This document shows positions 28,370 to 32,000 of a stretch of DNA of 32,000 nucleotides, piece after piece (position 1 is the first letter of the stretch; each line of letters begins with the position of its first letter). Source of the DNA: Candidatus Blochmanniella floridana (GTDB taxonomy: Bacteria; Pseudomonadota; Gammaproteobacteria; Enterobacterales; Enterobacteriaceae); contig BX248583.1 of the NCBI GenBank assembly GCA_000043285.1, forward strand, positions 330,001 through 362,000, read 5' to 3'. The notes under the pieces were generated by a model, which saw nothing but the letters and a program-made list of their open reading frames with translations, did not search any database and was not told the origin of the DNA. The translations under genes were made by a program, and so were the position numbers.

Positions 28370-28897
28370 CTATATCAAATTGAGATTCATTTCTAGAAAA
28401 ATTTGTTTAACCCAAGTTTTTACTCTGGTTTCAGTCATATCTGGTTGACGATCCTCATCTATAGCTAACCCAATAAATTTATTTCCATCTATAATGCTTT
28501 TTGACATATCAAAATAATATCCCGATGTAGGCCATAAACCTACCACAATTGCTCCTTTATTTATAACAATATTATATAAAATACTCATAGCATCACAAAA
28601 ATATTCTGAATAATCTTCTTGATCTCCACAACCAAAAATTGCTATTTTTTTTCCTAAAAAATTAATCTTTCTAAATATAGGCAAAAATGAATCCCAATCA
28701 CATTGAGGTTCTCCATAATACCACGTAGGAATTCCAAATATTAGTCGATCATAATTTTCTATATCTTCTTTACAAGAATTAGAAATATCAAAAATATCTG
28801 ATAAATCTTTTCCTATTCTTAATTGAATTATATTAGCAAGTTTTTCAGTATTCCCAGTATCACTACCAAAAAAAATACCTACTGATGCTTTTTTCAT
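28370..28897 (-). CDS. fldA: Flavodoxin 1
   Basis: GIFFGSDTGNTE (FMN phosphate loop), GIPTWYYGE.QCDWD, FGCGDQEDY.EYFCDA and GLAIDEDRQP..T..RV..WV.QI. The ORF is open to 28927, but homology to E. coli FldA begins at the ATG at 28897 (175 aa versus 176), which has an AGG about 9 nt upstream. Confidence 0.92.
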   Translation of the reverse strand: MKKASVGIFFGSDTGNTEKLANIIQLRIGKDLSDIFDISNSCKEDIENYDRLIFGIPTWYYGEPQCDWDSFLPIFRKINFLGKKIAIFGCGDQEDYSEYFCDAMSILYNIVINKGAIVVGLWPTSGYYFDMSKSIIDGNKFIGLAIDEDRQPDMTETRVKTWVKQIFLEMNLNLI

Positions 28898-29723
28898 GGT
28901 TTTACCTGTAGTATTAAAAGTATTCATTATTTTTTATAATAGCACTATTATAACTCATATAACTATAATTGTTTATTACAATATATATTTTATATAAATT
29001 TAAATAATTATGTTATATATGAGTTTTATGTGTCTTAAAAAATATGAATAAAAAAAGCATTTTACGTTGAATTTTAAGAGTATTTATGAATACAATACTG
29101 TATTAATTTAATAGTGATAATGATAATTTAATTAGTATACTTACAATATAATATATTAATAGCATTTGCATTGAATCTTATCAAAACTGATAATAATACG
29201 ATACTTATCTGATCTTATATTTATTAAATTTTTATGATAATAATCATAGTAGACAATTAATTGGTATGAAATATTTGAAACTACATACATAGATTGATTT
29301 ATATAATATCGAACTTTTTTTAGGTAAATGTGTATAAATGTTACTTACATTATTAAATTGCTGAAAATTCTATACACAATAATAACATAATTAATTTTAA
29401 TGTAAGATTATTAAATATATGATTAATAAATAGTATTTTTTAAAACAATATAATTATAATATATAACTTTAAAATTTATATGATGAATTAATTAATTTTA
29501 TAAAATGTAGAATATAACATTAGCTATATTTATTTATAATAAAAATAAATAAAATTAAATTGTATTCATATTCATGTCATATAATTCATTGATAACGAAA
29601 GTTAAAACTATAATATAGTGATATTTGATGTAATTTTAGTTATGTTTATTGAAATATGACATATTTTGATGATGAAAAATATTTAATAAAATACAGATTG
29701 CTGATATAGAATAGGATGCAAAT

Positions 29724-31370
29724 ATGCAAAATAATTTATTTCAAGTAAAGAAAAGTATTATTAATGAGACTAAACTTATCGATCAGTATTATAATTTATC
29801 TCCTGATCCTTATAATAATAAAGAACATAAAGTCTTTTTTGGAACATCCGGTCATAGAGGCAGTTCTTATCAATATAGTTTTAATGAAGCTCATGTATTC
29901 GCAATTAGTCAGTCTATAGTACAAATACGCACATTGTATGGTATTACTGGTCCATGTTATGTAGCAAAAGATACACATACACTTTCTGAACCAGCTTTTA
30001 TATCTGTATTAGAAGTATTAACGGCAAATTCTATTAATGTCATTATAGAAAAAAATGATCTATATACTCCTACTCCAGTTATTTCTAATGCTATCATTAA
30101 TTATAATAGACATAGATATCATAATAATCAATCTAAAGCTGATGGTATTATAGTAACATCATCTCATAACCCCCCTGAAGATGGGGGTATTAAGTATAGT
30201 TCGATTTTTGGAGGACCAGCTGAAATTGATATAACTTATTTAATTGAAAAATATGCTAATAGGTTTTTATTAAATAATCTACGAACAGTAAATAAAATAA
30301 CACTTAACCACGCTTGGAGAAGTGGATATATACATCCGCAAGATTTAGTACAAAATTATGTACAAAATTTGTCTACAATTATTAATATGAAAGCAATACA
30401 GAAATCTGGTTTAAAAATAGGAGTAGATCCGTTAAGTGGGTCAAGTATAAATTGTTGGTATGATATTGCTCAATATTATCAATTAAATTTAACTGTAATA
30501 AATTCGAAAATTGATCGCACTTTTAGTTTTATGAACATAGATTATGATGGTCGTATTCGTATAAATTGTACATCAGAATTAACTTTATCAAAAGTGTTAA
30601 GTTCATCAAAAAAATTTGATCTATTTTTTATAAATGATCCAGATTGTGATAGACATGGCATTATTACTAAAGGCGGGTTAATTCAGTCTAATTATTATTT
30701 TCCAATTGTTATAAATTATCTTTTCCATAATCGAGATTTTTGGAAAAAAAAAATATTATCTGTTGGGAAAACAAATGTATCTAGTATGAGTATTGATCAA
30801 GTAGCCAATAATTTAAATTGTCAATTATTAACGACTCCAGTGGGTTTTAAATGGTTTACACAAGGTTTATTACATAGTAAATTAGGTTTCGCTGGGGAAG
30901 ACAGCTCAGGAGCTTCTTTTTTAGATCAGCGCTGTATGCCATGGTCTACTGATAAAGATGGATTTATTATGTGTTTAATATCTGCAGAAATTCTGGCTGT
31001 TACTGATCATACATTACAAGATCATCATATTCAGTTCAATAAAAACTTGAATTGTACTTTTAATTATAATCAAACTTATCTTGTTATTAATCACTCTCAA
31101 AAAAAATCTATTATTAATACATTATTTAATCAAATTCATATGAATGAATTAGTAGGAGATCCTATTATTAAAGTTGAAAATATAAAACCATTAAATAAAT
31201 TTATATCTATGGATGGATTAAAAATTGTTACTCGTAATGGATGGATAGCTGGTAGATTATCAGGAACAGAATTGGTATATAAAATTTATTGTGAAAGTTT
31301 TTTGAGTTCCGATCATCGATTAAAAATGGAACAAAAAATGATTAGATGTATATATCAAATAATTAATTAG
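29724..31370 (+). CDS. pgm: Phosphoglucomutase (alpha-D-glucose 1,6-bisphosphate dependent)
   Basis: FGTSGHRGS, GPCYV.KDTH.LSEPAFISVLEVL, catalytic-Ser loop TSSHNPPEDGGIKY, metal loop NDPDCDRHG, GEDSSGASF, PWSTDKDG and KIYCESF. 548 aa versus 546 in E. coli. Confidence 0.95.
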   Translation: MQNNLFQVKKSIINETKLIDQYYNLSPDPYNNKEHKVFFGTSGHRGSSYQYSFNEAHVFAISQSIVQIRTLYGITGPCYVAKDTHTLSEPAFISVLEVLTANSINVIIEKNDLYTPTPVISNAIINYNRHRYHNNQSKADGIIVTSSHNPPEDGGIKYSSIFGGPAEIDITYLIEKYANRFLLNNLRTVNKITLNHAWRSGYIHPQDLVQNYVQNLSTIINMKAIQKSGLKIGVDPLSGSSINCWYDIAQYYQLNLTVINSKIDRTFSFMNIDYDGRIRINCTSELTLSKVLSSSKKFDLFFINDPDCDRHGIITKGGLIQSNYYFPIVINYLFHNRDFWKKKILSVGKTNVSSMSIDQVANNLNCQLLTTPVGFKWFTQGLLHSKLGFAGEDSSGASFLDQRCMPWSTDKDGFIMCLISAEILAVTDHTLQDHHIQFNKNLNCTFNYNQTYLVINHSQKKSIINTLFNQIHMNELVGDPIIKVENIKPLNKFISMDGLKIVTRNGWIAGRLSGTELVYKIYCESFLSSDHRLKMEQKMIRCIYQIIN

Positions 31371-32000
31371 AAAAATATAAAAAATTGATTATTGTAACTA
31401 ATACCAATATCCATAATGAAGTTATACATTATTTTTATATATATGGTGTAATTAGCAGTATCTATAATTAATAAATATGTTAAGTTTAAATTATAAATAA
31501 TTCACTGATTAAGTATGATATATCAAAAATATACTTATAACTTATTAAAACTGATATAGTATAAAATTGAACAGGTTACACATATTAAATATTATAAAAA
31601 TACATATATTAATTATTAATTAATATTGTAAAATGCATTTTTTATTTTTAAATTTATTATTAGTAATAATTTTTCAAGGAAGATTTGATATTAGTAATAA
31701 TATTATACTGAATAAAATTATATCTGATATTTTGTATTGTAATAAACAATTAAAAAACTATATTAATAACTAGTTTTGATGTATTTTCCAGTTTTATATA
31801 TTTATCTCTAACACAATGTCATGAATCTTGATTGAAAAATTTCAAACATTTATATTTATAAAATTCAATTAATTAAAATAAGAAAAAATTTAAATAATTT
31901 ATTCTATATATATATATTATAGTATAATTTGAAAATAATATAATTTATCAATAATACATGATATGTGATATCTCGTGTCATGATGTATTGTAAAGGTATA

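Overview
Very AT-rich, gene-dense segment of a reduced gammaproteobacterial (Enterobacterales-type) genome. It looks like an obligate insect endosymbiont of the Blochmannia/Wigglesworthia kind, but the exact taxon cannot be decided without a database search. I can support 24 protein genes, 4 tRNA genes and one 4.5S (SRP) RNA gene that the ORF track misses. All are housekeeping: lon, ffs, apt, dnaX, adk, lpxH, cysS, folD, argU, a DMT transporter, mrdB, mrdA, rsfS, holA, lptE, leuS, lnt, corC, ybeY, ybeZ, ubiF, tRNA Gln/Leu/Met, nagA, nagB, glnS, fldA, pgm. Order and orientation follow the E. coli K-12 lon-to-pgm backbone, with most intervening genes deleted. I see no CRISPR array, IS element, prophage, toxin-antitoxin or defence locus, and no unexplained multi-gene system; this is core genome, not an accessory island. 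The points worth a second look are small-scale. (1) dnaX is split over two reading frames at an A9 run, so the encoded frame gives a gamma-like protein and full-length tau needs slippage or a +1 shift. (2) Twelve A-runs of 9 nt or more sit in the sense strand of coding regions, and only the dnaX one breaks a frame. (3) The LeuRS editing-site Thr-rich motif TTRPDT reads IARLDT. (4) A perfect 39-nt palindrome straddles the nagA stop codon. (5) A 13-bp inverted repeat abuts both ends of tRNA-Arg(UCU). (6) None of the four tRNA genes encodes CCA. (7) nagBA is kept without nagE or nagC, and fur, seqA, miaB, rlmH and others are absent from their ancestral positions. (8) Long non-coding AT-rich spacers flank pgm.
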